DNA of 64,000 nucleotides from Acidobacteriota bacterium. GTDB lineage: Bacteria > Acidobacteriota > UBA6911 > RPQK01 > CBDAPI01. The notes beneath the pieces were generated by a model that was not told where the DNA came from, searched no databases, and saw only the letters and a program-made list of their open reading frames with translations. The position numbers and the translations under genes are program-made. The stretch spans positions 4,751,250 through 4,815,249 of the forward strand of contig OZ252114.1 of assembly GCA_965248635.1 (NCBI GenBank), read 5' to 3'. Position 1 is the first letter of the stretch; each line of letters starts with the position of its first letter. Below are positions 1-9,707 of the stretch, piece after piece.

Positions 1-320
1 TTGATCAGCGGTTGAAAGAAAACGACGTCGCCGTTTGCGATCACCAGGGAACTCATCTGAGGCTCCTCGATTTCCTTGCGAAGAAGGACCTGATCCTTCT
101 CTTTCAGAAAGAGGAATCTGCCAAACTCTCCCTCATCAAACTCCTCAAGGATATCCGTCCACTTCTTCTGCTCGAGTGAAGCAGACATGGACCTGATCGT
201 GGCTCCCTGTTCCTCCAGCTGGTCCAGTAGCTTCTCAAGCGTCATGTTCTGGACCGGCACGGCTCTCAGGGGGGTGCAGGCAAGACAGAAAACAAAAATG
301 GTTCTCCAGATCAATTGCAA
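1..320 (-). CDS. LolA-like outer-membrane lipoprotein carrier protein (5' part; runs off the window)
   Basis: Manual translation from TTG at 320: signal peptide then MTLEKLLDQLEEQGATIRSMSASLEQKKWTDILEEFDEGEFGRFLFLK...SSLVIANGDVVFFQPLI, a LolA-like pattern. Not in the ORF track. Confidence 0.6.
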   Translation of the reverse strand, partial: MQLIWRTIFVFCLACTPLRAVPVQNMTLEKLLDQLEEQGATIRSMSASLEQKKWTDILEEFDEGEFGRFLFLKEKDQVLLRKEIEEPQMSSLVIANGDVVFFQPLI

Positions 321-691
321 TGCAGTTCCCCTCCTGGGGACCGCCTCTTCCAGTGATTCTCTTCGAGGTCGGGAGTTTCAGAATTCTGGACTTGCGACTC
401 CTCTGACGGCCCGCTGTGAGAGGTCTCGGATCGCGCCAGATGTGGGAGTTCTTGTTCTTCTTCTAGAGAGTCTCCACCCGGACCGGTCGTCGAAGTCGCA
501 TCCCGTGGAGCTCCCGGTAGAACCAACTCCTCGACGGAGTTGACGGCCTCCTCGCTCCGGGATCTTTCAAACACCCGGGCGGGAGTCAGAAAAATGAAGA
601 GAATGATCACGATGCAAAACACATCGTACTGCCATGAGCCCCTGGGATAGGTCCAGAACAGCACCCTAGCGAGCGCTTTTCGCATCTTCAA
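311..691 (-). CDS. hypothetical membrane protein
   Basis: 126 aa; N-terminal [12 protein letters not shown] followed by a TM helix; overlaps neighbours in an operon. Confidence 0.65.
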   Translation of the reverse strand: MKMRKALARVLFWTYPRGSWQYDVFCIVIILFIFLTPARVFERSRSEEAVNSVEELVLPGAPRDATSTTGPGGDSLEEEQELPHLARSETSHSGPSEESQVQNSETPDLEENHWKRRSPGGELHCN

Positions 692-1434
692 TAGAGGCGC
701 TTCTGCTCCATTGTGTAGTATAGATTCTCGACGCGATTGAGAATCTTTCCATCACGCATCTCCACAATTCTGCCGGCCATGGCGGCCACATCGGGATCGT
801 GCGTGATGAGAAGAATGGTCTGGCCATAGCGAATGTTCAACTCCTGAAGCATTTCCAGCACCCTGCCGGAATTCTCGGAGTCGAGACTTCCCGTCGGCTC
901 GTCTGCCAGGAGGATCTTGGGCCGATTGATAATGGCCCGCGCGATGGCAACTCTCTGCTGTTCTCCACCCGAGAGCTCGGTTGGCTTGTGGTGGATCTTG
1001 TTTTCCAGACCCAGCAGAGCCAGGGTACGGGTTGCGTTCAGATCACTGGACCGGTTTCCGTTTCCACGGATCTGGCAGGCCAGAGTGATGTTGTCTCTGG
1101 CAGTCAAGGAGGGGAGAAGGTTGAAGCGCTGGAACACAAACCCCACCTTGCGGCGACGCACTTCCGTTCTCTGGCCGTCAGAAATGCTGGTCAGTTCAGT
1201 TCCGTCGACTTTGATGCGTCCACGGCTTGGCGACAGGAGCCCGCCCATCAAATGCAGCAGGGTTGACTTGCCGCATCCACTGGGGCCCATTACCGCCACA
1301 AACTCGCCTTCACGGACGGTCATGTCCACACCACTCAAGGCGGGAACGCCCACGCGTCCCACCCGGTAGATCATGTGGACATCGTCCACCACAATGACAT
1401 CGTTGCGTTGCCGAAGCTCTACGGGTTCACTCAT
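688..1434 (-). CDS. ABC transporter ATP-binding protein (LolD/MacB-like)
   Basis: Walker A GPSGCGKS, signature [21 protein letters not shown]. Confidence 0.93.
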   Translation of the reverse strand: MSEPVELRQRNDVIVVDDVHMIYRVGRVGVPALSGVDMTVREGEFVAVMGPSGCGKSTLLHLMGGLLSPSRGRIKVDGTELTSISDGQRTEVRRRKVGFVFQRFNLLPSLTARDNITLACQIRGNGNRSSDLNATRTLALLGLENKIHHKPTELSGGEQQRVAIARAIINRPKILLADEPTGSLDSENSGRVLEMLQELNIRYGQTILLITHDPDVAAMAGRIVEMRDGKILNRVENLYYTMEQKRLY

Positions 1435-2515
1435 AACCAAGTGCCTTAATCGGATCTAGGTGGGCAGCTTTGAGGGCAGGATACAATGCACCCAGCGTCC
1501 CTCCCAAAATTGCCATAAAAGCTGCAGCCAACCTCCAGGAACCGGAAATATCCACTGGAAGATTGGGAGCAACACTAAATATTATGTGAATTACCAACCA
1601 AGTCAACAGAAAACCGGTTCCAACCCCAATCCCACAGATCATCAGAGATTCCTTCAGGATCAGAGTCATAATGAAACCCTTGGAAGCACCCAGAGATTTC
1701 AAAATGCCGATTTCGCGGGTCCTCTCCGTGATCGTGCTGTACATGGCCAGCAGGATCATCATGAAACTGATGAGCGCTGACAGCGACACCATGGCTGTAA
1801 TGAACGGCTTCAGGACCGGGGTATTCGTCGCCATCAGTCTCTGGACTTCAGAAGTTCTGGTGATCTTATATCCCTTCAATCGCTCCTGCAAGCGGTCGGC
1901 CACGATCTGGTCCGTCGTTCCGTCGGAAGCCCTGACAATAAACATGGTCGCCTTGCCGGGTGTGCCGTTCATATTCTGCAGAGTCTGCAAAGGCATCAGG
2001 ACCCGGGCCCCGACCCCCTCCTCAAAGATTCCGCTCACTCTGAAGGAAGTTCCCAGTAGCTCCAACCGGTCCCCGAGGTCCAGCTTCTTCGAATCCGAGT
2101 AGACGGTATCGATGATGATTTCATCCAGACTGCCGAAGACCTGACCCTTCACAATTCGAAAACTACGACTGACGTCTTGAAACGTCGTTTTCTCGATCCC
2201 AAAAACCAGGTGGAACTGCTCTCCGAGAAACTTGGTCAGGACCGGGGTGACAGCGGCAACGCCTTCGACCTCCGCGATCTTCTCACCGATCCGGACCGAA
2301 ATCGTCCCGCTGTTGATGGCCGCCATGATCGACCCGTCAGAGGGTTGAACCATCACATCTCCCAGCCGCCGCATACGCGCCGAGAAATCATTCAACTGCC
2401 CGTAGGAGAGCCCCACACTGACCAGTATGAGCGCGACACCCAGAGCCACAGCCAAGACACTCGCCACGGTGCGTGTGGGTCGCAGTTTCAGGTTGGAAAG
2501 AATCAATTTAAACAT
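1427..2515 (-). CDS. ABC transporter permease (FtsX/MacB/LolC-E family)
   Basis: N-terminal TM, periplasmic domain, [14 protein letters not shown] motif, C-terminal [15 protein letters not shown]. Confidence 0.9.
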   Translation of the reverse strand: MFKLILSNLKLRPTRTVASVLAVALGVALILVSVGLSYGQLNDFSARMRRLGDVMVQPSDGSIMAAINSGTISVRIGEKIAEVEGVAAVTPVLTKFLGEQFHLVFGIEKTTFQDVSRSFRIVKGQVFGSLDEIIIDTVYSDSKKLDLGDRLELLGTSFRVSGIFEEGVGARVLMPLQTLQNMNGTPGKATMFIVRASDGTTDQIVADRLQERLKGYKITRTSEVQRLMATNTPVLKPFITAMVSLSALISFMMILLAMYSTITERTREIGILKSLGASKGFIMTLILKESLMICGIGVGTGFLLTWLVIHIIFSVAPNLPVDISGSWRLAAAFMAILGGTLGALYPALKAAHLDPIKALGYE

Positions 2516-2533
2516 TTCGGTCCAGCCAGGGGT

Positions 2534-3427
2534 CTACAGCCCCTGGTTATTATCCCCCAGCCCGGACCCCTTTACAATTACGAGTTCAGCCCTGGGAGGT
2601 TTCGGTATGTAAAAGGAGCTATCGTCAACGCTCCGGTTCAAACGTACGGATTCTCGTTGGAACTGAAAAGAAATCTGATAATGCTCGGCCACTCGTTCCA
2701 GCGCAATGGAACTCGCAAGAGCTCCTTCTTCTGAAACGACCACATCTCGGTAGCGAATGTCACTGGTCAGCTTCCCACAATCGTAGTACTGCTGCCGGGA
2801 AAGCCGAAAATCCTGTCGCTCCAGCCACACTTTCCGCTGCAAACAGCCCTGTCCGGCCAGCTGATCCACCAGAACCTCATGGATCACATAGTACTTGTTC
2901 TGTCCGTTTCGCTCTTCTTCGAGAAAATGGACGGTTCCTGCCTCCGAGGACCGCACAGGCTCCACCAGTATGGCCTGCATCAAATGCTCGGGTCGCACGC
3001 TGTGGAGGGGCTCGCCTGAATCTGTCTTCACATCGGTCTTACCGGTCAGATATTTGTTTTCCCTGGGAACCCAGATCTGAAACTCACGGCTGTCCGATGC
3101 CATGGTGACAACGGACGAACTGGTCACGGGGTTTAAGATGTTGACGTAGATCCAATGGGGCCTTTTCGTGACCAGATGGCCCTTGGCTGACGGGTACTCT
3201 TTCAGGTAGCCCTGCTCGATGGACCCGCCCGTGAACTTGACCCGAAACCGGCTGACCGAGACGGTTTCAATCTTAGCATACTGGCTGTTGACGAGATTGA
3301 CGAGTTCCTCCAGGGTTGCGCTTTTGGCAGCAGTGTAGCCTACCGGTGTGCGCACGTCCGTGTTCTTGGGTCCACAGCCCGCGAGAACCATCGCAAATAC
3401 CAGGATGCCTGCCCAGAGCCTACTCAT
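2534..3427 (-). CDS. lipoprotein, possibly LolA/LolB-like fold
   Basis: Lipobox LAGC at about residue 18; beta-rich sequence. The fold is inferred. Confidence 0.6.
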   Translation of the reverse strand: MSRLWAGILVFAMVLAGCGPKNTDVRTPVGYTAAKSATLEELVNLVNSQYAKIETVSVSRFRVKFTGGSIEQGYLKEYPSAKGHLVTKRPHWIYVNILNPVTSSSVVTMASDSREFQIWVPRENKYLTGKTDVKTDSGEPLHSVRPEHLMQAILVEPVRSSEAGTVHFLEEERNGQNKYYVIHEVLVDQLAGQGCLQRKVWLERQDFRLSRQQYYDCGKLTSDIRYRDVVVSEEGALASSIALERVAEHYQISFQFQRESVRLNRSVDDSSFYIPKPPRAELVIVKGSGLGDNNQGL

Positions 3428-4070
3428 GCACCGCTCCTGTGTTCCAACGAGGCTTCAACACCAGAAACCAGAGTAGGAAAAGCACTATGAGAATCAGTAC
3501 CAGCAGGCCTACCGAATGAAAGTGTTCCTGAAGAAATACTTTGGCCCACTCTCCGTACAAAACGGCCAGGGCTCCCCAGGAGAAATAGCGGAGACCCCTC
3601 CCAAAAGCCACGGCCAGCAGAAACTGTGGAAAGGCGAGCCCAAAGGCACCCGCCGAAAGAACGAACACTTTGAAAGGCGTGGGCGGCGGCAGGAGCGAGG
3701 GTATGATGACGGCCAGCACGCCGCCGCGTTGGTACAGACTCTGAATTCGGCGCATGCCCGGTCGATGAAGTCGCTTCTCGACATAGCCGCCGCCGCGGGT
3801 TCCGACCCAGTAAAGTAGAGAGCAGCCGATGATGGAGCCCAGAGTGGTCATGGTGGCGTAGTAGGCCATGTTGCTCCAACTCCCTCCCATGGACAGCACA
3901 ATAATCAAGAAATCGTTCCCTTCCGGTACTGAGAGAAAGGAGGAGTCGAGGAGCGCAAGCACCAGCAGTCCGGGTCCGCCCAACCCGAGAACCAGCTGGT
4001 ACAAGGCCAGAAAAGCCAACTTCAAGCGTTCCGGGAAACCGCTCGAAGCGGCAAGAATCAACCAGTCCAT
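3420..4070 (-). CDS. YqaA/DedA (VTT) family membrane protein
   Basis: LDSSFLSVPEG, LLPPPTPFKVFVLSAG and GRGLRYF motifs. Confidence 0.85.
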   Translation of the reverse strand: MDWLILAASSGFPERLKLAFLALYQLVLGLGGPGLLVLALLDSSFLSVPEGNDFLIIVLSMGGSWSNMAYYATMTTLGSIIGCSLLYWVGTRGGGYVEKRLHRPGMRRIQSLYQRGGVLAVIIPSLLPPPTPFKVFVLSAGAFGLAFPQFLLAVAFGRGLRYFSWGALAVLYGEWAKVFLQEHFHSVGLLVLILIVLFLLWFLVLKPRWNTGAVHE

Positions 4071-4243
4071 TTCGGTCCAAAAAGCGTAATGATAACACGG
4101 CTATTCTCTCAGTACTCCCTGTCGCGAGAGAGGACTAAGCAAGAAGAGTGCCAGAACGACCTAAATGGTTCATAGAGGAAATTCTAAAGTCCAGACCCCT
4201 CTCGGGGGACAAAAAGTACTGCACCTGGTGTCGTGCGATTACG

Positions 4244-5974
4244 TCACTCCCAGACGAAGACCTTCCGGCCCTCAGCAGCGTCCCGCGCAGAGGGAGTAAT
4301 GATGGTGCGGGAGCTCACGGCGATTCTTCCTCCGTTACGAAGGGCCTGTCTGACGTCGTCTTCACAGACAAAATCGCGGGGCGGCCCGGGTGGGGCTTTC
4401 TCACGGGGAACCGGACCAGGACTGACCACCGGCACGGGTTCTAGAGGCACCGACTGGGGGGCGGCTTGCTGTTCCCGTACATAGTTTCCAACGACGGCGC
4501 GAACGATCTCCCTCAGACCGGCATCAGGGTCAGTCTGATCTGCCTTCTCGATCACTTCATCCGGTTCTTCGTCAACCCGCCTTGTCGACTCGACGCGATC
4601 GAAATTGATGTCCTCGACACTCCGAGTCTCGTAAGCGAGCCTCTTGATATTGATGAGATGGAGAGGAGTGATGTTGTCGGAAGTGATGTTGCCACCGGGG
4701 GTTCCGCAGCCGAGCGTCATGGAAGGGGGCACCCCCGTGGTCAGGCCGACGGAGCCGAAGGTGGCGGACGTGTTGACACAGATTCGGAAGGCCGGCTTGT
4801 GAAGCCCAAACTCCATGATGATGTCTTCATCGGTGGAGTGGATGGACATGGTATGTCCGAGCCCACCATAGTTGAGGATCTCAATGCATCTCCGACAGCC
4901 GGCTTCCCACCCATCTTCAACGTAAAAGGCCAGGATAGGAGACAGCTTTTCCATCGACAATGGATGTTCTCGACCGACACCATGAGGTCTCCCCACCAGG
5001 CACACCACGTCGTCGGGAACCGTGAAGCCAGCCAGTTCAGCAATGATCTGCGGGGACTTCCCAACAATGGCTGTATTCAGTCCGCCGCGAGGCAGTTGAA
5101 CCACTCTCTCGAGGCGTGCCTGCTCCCGGTCGTCGAGAAGATGGGCGCGGTTCTTCTTCAACTCCTGCAAAACCTCTTCTTCCAGAGGCAGGTCGCACAC
5201 GATTGCCTGCTCGGAAGAGCAAAGCAGGCCGTGGTCAAAGGTCTTTCCGGCCACGACATCACGGACGGCCTTGCCCACATTCGCCGTGCGTTCAATGAAG
5301 GCGGGCACATTGCCCGGACCGACTCCAAAAGCCGGCTTGCCCGAAGAATAGGCAGCCTTGACCAGTCCGGGCCCGCCGGTTGCAAGAATCATCCGCGACT
5401 TGCGATTCTGCATCAACTCGGTGGTTCCCTGCAGAGTCACGTTTCTCACACATCCAATGCAGTCCTCAGGGGCTCCCGCCTTTCTGGCCGCCTCGTACAT
5501 GATACGGGCGGTTTCAGCCGTACACCGCACGGCCTGTGGATGGGGACTCAAAACGACCGGGTTCCGACTCTTAATGGCTGCCAGAATCTTGAAAATAGCA
5601 GTGGAAGTGGGATTGGTCGTGGGCACAATGGCCGCCACGACGCCGACCGGAACCGCAATCTCCACAACTCCCTTCTCTTTGTTCTCCGAGATGACACCAC
5701 AGGTTTTCAAATCCCGCATGTATCCGTAGATGTCGACTGCTGAGAAGAGATTCTTGATCGTCTTATCGGATACCTTGCCGCGACCCGTTTCCTCCACGGC
5801 GAGTTCCGCAAGTCTGCCGGCCTCGGCGCGTGCAGCCTCGGCCATCGCGTCGACCAATCGGTCGACCTGCTCCTGGGTGAACTGGCTGAGCAGGGCGCCC
5901 GCCCGTTCGGCTCGCGTGAGCAGATCACGGGCTTCCTGAACTGAGAGAAGGTCCTTGTCCTTTACTTGAGCCAA
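4244..5974 (-). CDS. CoA-acylating aldehyde dehydrogenase (EutE/AdhE-N type), BMC-associated, with C-terminal extension
   Basis: [24 protein letters not shown], catalytic CSSEQ, EKLSP; adjacent to a BMC-H gene. Confidence 0.9.
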   Translation of the reverse strand: MAQVKDKDLLSVQEARDLLTRAERAGALLSQFTQEQVDRLVDAMAEAARAEAGRLAELAVEETGRGKVSDKTIKNLFSAVDIYGYMRDLKTCGVISENKEKGVVEIAVPVGVVAAIVPTTNPTSTAIFKILAAIKSRNPVVLSPHPQAVRCTAETARIMYEAARKAGAPEDCIGCVRNVTLQGTTELMQNRKSRMILATGGPGLVKAAYSSGKPAFGVGPGNVPAFIERTANVGKAVRDVVAGKTFDHGLLCSSEQAIVCDLPLEEEVLQELKKNRAHLLDDREQARLERVVQLPRGGLNTAIVGKSPQIIAELAGFTVPDDVVCLVGRPHGVGREHPLSMEKLSPILAFYVEDGWEAGCRRCIEILNYGGLGHTMSIHSTDEDIIMEFGLHKPAFRICVNTSATFGSVGLTTGVPPSMTLGCGTPGGNITSDNITPLHLINIKRLAYETRSVEDINFDRVESTRRVDEEPDEVIEKADQTDPDAGLREIVRAVVGNYVREQQAAPQSVPLEPVPVVSPGPVPREKAPPGPPRDFVCEDDVRQALRNGGRIAVSSRTIITPSARDAAEGRKVFVWE

Positions 5975-6003
5975 GGTTGTTTCTCAGGGCTGCAGAGCCA
6001 AGG

Positions 6004-6300
6004 TTATTTCTTGCGGCTGGTCGGGGCGGACTGGGGAAGGATTTTCTCAACCTCCTGATGAGGACGCGGTATGACGTGGACGCTGACCAGTTCGCCGACA
6101 CGTCGAGCCGCGGCTGCACCAGCGTCAGTGGCAGCTTTGACAGCGCCGACATCACCACGGACCAACACTGTGACAAAACCAGCGCCGATGTATTCCTTGC
6201 CGATAAGGACAACGTTGGCCGCCTTGACCATCGCATCCGCAGCCTCCACTGCTCCGACAAGACCTCGGGTTTCTATCATGCCCAGGGCTTCTAGCGACAT
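6004..6300 (-). CDS. bacterial microcompartment hexameric shell protein (BMC-H, PduA/EutM-like)
   Basis: [26 protein letters not shown]...[14 protein letters not shown]...HVIPRPH. Confidence 0.96.
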   Translation of the reverse strand: MSLEALGMIETRGLVGAVEAADAMVKAANVVLIGKEYIGAGFVTVLVRGDVGAVKAATDAGAAAARRVGELVSVHVIPRPHQEVEKILPQSAPTSRKK

Positions 6301-6382
6301 TCTCAAAAATCTCCCCAAATGGATGCGGCGTAACGCTATCACGGGCCATGGGTGCAGTCAATGGAGCTGGGTTCTGGGTTCC

Positions 6383-6456
6383 GGAAAGTGGGAGGGGCCT
6401 GAGGGCGGAGGACGTTTAAATTCCCGGACGCAGCCCTCAGGCCCCTCCCGCTTTCC
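6383..6456. repeat. REP/REPIN-like hairpin, copy 1
   Basis: GTGGGAGGGGCCTGAGGGC...GACGTTTAAATTCCCG...GCCCTCAGGCCCCTCCCGC inverted repeat. Confidence 0.85.
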
Positions 6457-6504
6457 CCGCCGGACATCCAATTCAAAGCGGGGAACGTGATACCTTGGAG
6501 CGTC

Positions 6505-6906
6505 ATGCGCGATCCCGGAGTTGACCTGGAAATCGAGCGAATCGGTCAGATCTACCACGGAGATGTCGTCGTCCATGCCTGCCGCGATCTGGCACTGCTG
6601 GGACGCAAATGCAAGCCTCAGATCCTCTATACCTTCCTGGGATTCGAGCTCAAGATGGGCCGGACTAGGTTGAGCTGTCCCGACATGGGTACTGCGCGCT
6701 ATTTGAGAGTCTTTGCCGAAATCGGAGTGAAACGGGTCAAGCTTCCGTACGATCCCAGCCGCGTTCAGCTCCTGGCCACGGGTCTGGAGCACTCGTTGGA
6801 CCGGATCAAGGAGCACCTGCTGGAACGGGATCTGGATGCGCGCGGTCACGCCGCGGCCCTGCGCCGGGTCTACGCCCGGATCCGAAAGAGGCTGGCTGAC
6901 GCATAG
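6505..6906 (+). CDS. hypothetical protein
   Basis: About 133-aa ORF filling the gap, divergent from the BMC gene; TGnTACCTT extended -10-like motif just upstream. Confidence 0.7.
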   Translation: MRDPGVDLEIERIGQIYHGDVVVHACRDLALLGRKCKPQILYTFLGFELKMGRTRLSCPDMGTARYLRVFAEIGVKRVKLPYDPSRVQLLATGLEHSLDRIKEHLLERDLDARGHAAALRRVYARIRKRLADA

Positions 6907-7041
6907 CTGGTTGGGGTTGGGAAACCCGGATTGCGGTTTTGAGAATGTGGAAAGGCACCTTGGGGCGGCGACCGAGGGGCTTGGACATCAGAAGAAAGTG
7001 GGAGGCCCCCAACCACATTTGACTTCAGGCAGAAACGTCGA

Positions 7042-7114
7042 GAGAGTGGGAGGAGCCCTGGGGCGGCGCGACGTTTAAATTCCCGAGCGCCGCCCCAGGG
7101 CTCCTCCCACTCTC
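7042..7114. repeat. REP/REPIN-like hairpin, copy 2
   Basis: GAGAGTGGGAGGAGCCCTGGGGCGGCGC GACGTTTAAATTCCCGA GCGCCGCCCCAGGGCTCCTCCCACTCTC. Confidence 0.9.
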
Positions 7115-7299
7115 GTAATCCACCACAAACGTCCTAGCCCGGATAATTCACAAATTTTCTACTGCAGCGTGAGAATCTCCCGCCCTGACTGCGTTACGCT
7201 CGGTCGGCCTCCTCGGCGTACTGCACGAGTACGCCTGCGGGGGCCTCGGTCGCAAGCCTTGTCAGAACGGGTCTTCCCCCGCTTCGCTACGAAAATTTA

Positions 7300-9283
7300 G
7301 TAGAGTCGAGATGTGGCGCGGTGGTTTAGGAAGAGCCTATCCGTTGCCGACCCTTTCGTCTGTCGGTGCCTCACTAGCTCGTCCATGCTCCGTTTCCACA
7401 TCCCGCTCGTCGAACCGGACGTGCGGTTTTCCCGCATCCGGCTCTCGGACAAGGTCTTACGCTTTCGCCCACGGAAGGTCGCGAGTCCGCTCGGTCAGTC
7501 GTACCAGCCCCAACCTTTCGTACAGGAACTGGTCCGGGAACTGCCGCGTTCCCTTGCTGCCTTGCTTCTTGTGTTTTCGTCGCAACCACTGACGAAGCCT
7601 CCATCGGGTGTGGGCATCCACCGCCCGATAGGCTTTGCTGACCCCACCCAAGCAGAAGTAATTGGCCCATCCCACCAACATTCGGTTCAGACGGGCCACC
7701 TCTTGCTCGGCTGACCTGAGCCCACTCCAGGGCCGCGTCTCCCTGTGGATTTCGCGACAGATCTTGCCGATCGACTTCTTCGAAGGTCGAGTCCCCATGT
7801 AGGGAACCCCGCTCCTCGCTCGATGACAGATCCCCAGTGTGTAGCCCAGAAAGTCCAAGCTCTCTTCCGGCAGCCGTCTCACACAGGTCTTGGTCTCGTT
7901 CAGTTTCAGGCCCAGACGCCCCAGTATCTCCCGCGTTGCTCGCAGAGCCTTCCCTGCTTCGCCTTGACAGCAGATCACAAAGTCGTCCGCATAGGACACA
8001 ATCCTGCCCTGACACTGCTTCGGTCCCAGTTTCCTCCACCCCATTATGAAGCGACGAAAGTACAGGTTGGCTAAAAGGGGTGAGATCGGAGACCCTTGTG
8101 TGGTTCCCCTTTTCCCTCCTCCTTTCGGTTCGTCCTTGTCCTTCTTGGAGACCTCCACAACCGGGGTATTCAGCCACATCTTGATCAGCTTTAACATCTG
8201 CCGATCGCAGATACGACGCGCCACCGATTGCATCAGCTCCTTCCGCGGGATACTGTCAAAGTAGCCACTCAAATCTGCATCCACCACCTCTCGGTGGCCT
8301 GTGTTGATCAGAGCGTGCACCGCTTGAACCGCATCCTGCGCGCTTCGTCGGGGGCGGTAGCCATGTTGTTCCGGCTGCAGATCTGCCTCGAAGATCGGCT
8401 CGATGACTAGCATCGCCGCCGTTTGCACCACCCGATCCTTGATCGTCGGCACTCCCAGCGGGCGCTTTCCTCCGTTGGTTTTGTCAATCCACACCCGGCG
8501 CACTGCCGCCGGCCGGTAGCTTTTGCTTTTCAGCTCCCTCGCCAGTTCGCCCAGCCACTTCTCTCGTCCGCGCGCCTCAATGTCTTCGAAGCTCTCTCGG
8601 TCCACCCCCGCTGCTCCGCCATTGGCTTTGCATTTCCGGTAAGCGAACTCCAGAAAGTCTTCTCTCCACACCTTGTCGTACAGCTGATGAAAGCGGCGCT
8701 CGGGCTGCTCCTTCGCTTTGGCGTACAACGTCCTTTGCAGCTTCCCAATCTTTTCCGGAGTTTTCAGCCCCATTCGGGTCAATCTCCGCGCTGTCGCTTC
8801 AGCAGACGTCTGCCTCGAACTCAGGCCCCTTCCCTCCAGCGGGGTTAGCCGCTTTCCTCAGTAATACGAGCCTGTCCGCCACCCCTGCCCGCCCGACCTG
8901 TCCCTCGCGGGTTGCCGGTTGAGGACCGTGCGGCCGTCCTCGCCGACAGGGGCTTCCCGTGTTGCTTGCGATTTCCTCTTAAGTGCGTGCCGTCGCCATT
9001 ACCCCGGCGGAACCAACGGGTGCTGTTGCTCGACTTCCCCGCTGACGGCGGCCTTCCCTGTAATTCAGCCAGGTCGGCTTCCGCATTGCCCTTTTCGAGG
9101 CCTGCTTAGCGTTCACTACTCGTTACGGCCTGCACCTTCGCCAAGTCGCCTAACGCGACCCTCTGCACCGAAGGCTTCAGCAGATTCGTTACCTCCTCTA
9201 CTGCTCCGATTGCTACCGGCTGGAGCGACAGTTGCCGGGTGGGTTTTGCACCCACTGAAAATCGCCGCCTTTTCACGGCGCAC
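7300..9283 (-). mobile_element. group II intron (ribozyme plus intron-encoded RT/maturase)
   Basis: 5' end GTGCG at 9283; domain V GAGCCGGATGCGGGAAAACCGCACGTCCGGTTC (7444-7412) with AGC triad; long domain VI ending CTCGACTCTAC at 7300. Confidence 0.93.
7457..8782 (-). CDS. ltrA: group II intron reverse transcriptase/maturase, no endonuclease domain
   Basis: AAGVD, RPLGVPTIKDRVVQ, QGSPISPLLANLY, YADD, FLGY, domain X GWANYF. Confidence 0.95.
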   Translation of the reverse strand: MTRMGLKTPEKIGKLQRTLYAKAKEQPERRFHQLYDKVWREDFLEFAYRKCKANGGAAGVDRESFEDIEARGREKWLGELARELKSKSYRPAAVRRVWIDKTNGGKRPLGVPTIKDRVVQTAAMLVIEPIFEADLQPEQHGYRPRRSAQDAVQAVHALINTGHREVVDADLSGYFDSIPRKELMQSVARRICDRQMLKLIKMWLNTPVVEVSKKDKDEPKGGGKRGTTQGSPISPLLANLYFRRFIMGWRKLGPKQCQGRIVSYADDFVICCQGEAGKALRATREILGRLGLKLNETKTCVRRLPEESLDFLGYTLGICHRARSGVPYMGTRPSKKSIGKICREIHRETRPWSGLRSAEQEVARLNRMLVGWANYFCLGGVSKAYRAVDAHTRWRLRQWLRRKHKKQGSKGTRQFPDQFLYERLGLVRLTERTRDLPWAKA

Positions 9284-9296
9284 TGAATAATCCGGG

Positions 9297-9707
9297 CTAG
9301 GACCTCACGCGCACCGGTTTTGAAGGCGGCTTTTTCACCAGTCCCTCCATCCGGCCTTCCAACCCATCGGCGCCCAGCTGGCTGCGCAGGAATCCGATCA
9401 ATTCCTCAACCTCTTTTTGCATTGTTTCCATCTTGTTCCGCATGTTGAGGATGACTTCAACTCCGGCCAGATTGACACCCAGTTCCCGGGTGAGATTCAG
9501 GATGACGGCCAGGATTTCGAGATCCTGGTCGGTGTAGAAGCGGGTGTTCCCTGCGCTCCGCGAGGGACTGAGGAGACCCTGCCGCTCCCACGCCCGCAAG
9601 GTTTGAGGATGGAGCTCGTGCATTCTGGCTACCGCTCCGATCGTGTACCCGACTCCTTTTCCAGCCATCTCTCCATCCAATCGCTTCGAGCCGCTGTCCC
9701 CGCTCAT
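9297..9707 (-). CDS. hspR: MerR-family heat-shock repressor HspR
   Basis: YTIGAVARMHELHPQTLRAWERQGLLSPSRSAGNTRFY...LGVNLAGVEVIL; directly follows dnaJ. Confidence 0.85.
   Translation of the reverse strand: MSGDSGSKRLDGEMAGKGVGYTIGAVARMHELHPQTLRAWERQGLLSPSRSAGNTRFYTDQDLEILAVILNLTRELGVNLAGVEVILNMRNKMETMQKEVEELIGFLRSQLGADGLEGRMEGLVKKPPSKPVRVRS

Larger units (their letters stand above)
7138..9296. mobile_element. IS1380-type MITE (175 bp without the intron), interrupted by a group II intron
   Basis: Ends CCCGGATAATTCACAAATTTTC and GAAAATTTA|intron|TGAATAATCCGGG; CTAG direct repeats at 7134-7137 and 9297-9300; ends resemble those of the IS1380 at 19555-21205. Confidence 0.85.

Noticed and set aside
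4466-5743. 425-aa plus-strand ORF and similar long antisense ORFs (29502-30518, 30898-32022, 40016-41101, 56001-57077)
   Set aside because: They fully overlap well-supported genes on the other strand and carry no recognisable motifs.
7457-8782. RT as a retron, DGR, Abi/defence or CRISPR-associated RT
   Set aside because: It has domain X and lies within clear group II intron RNA boundaries (GTGCG, domain V, domain VI ending AC); no TR/VR pair, msr/msd or cas genes were seen.
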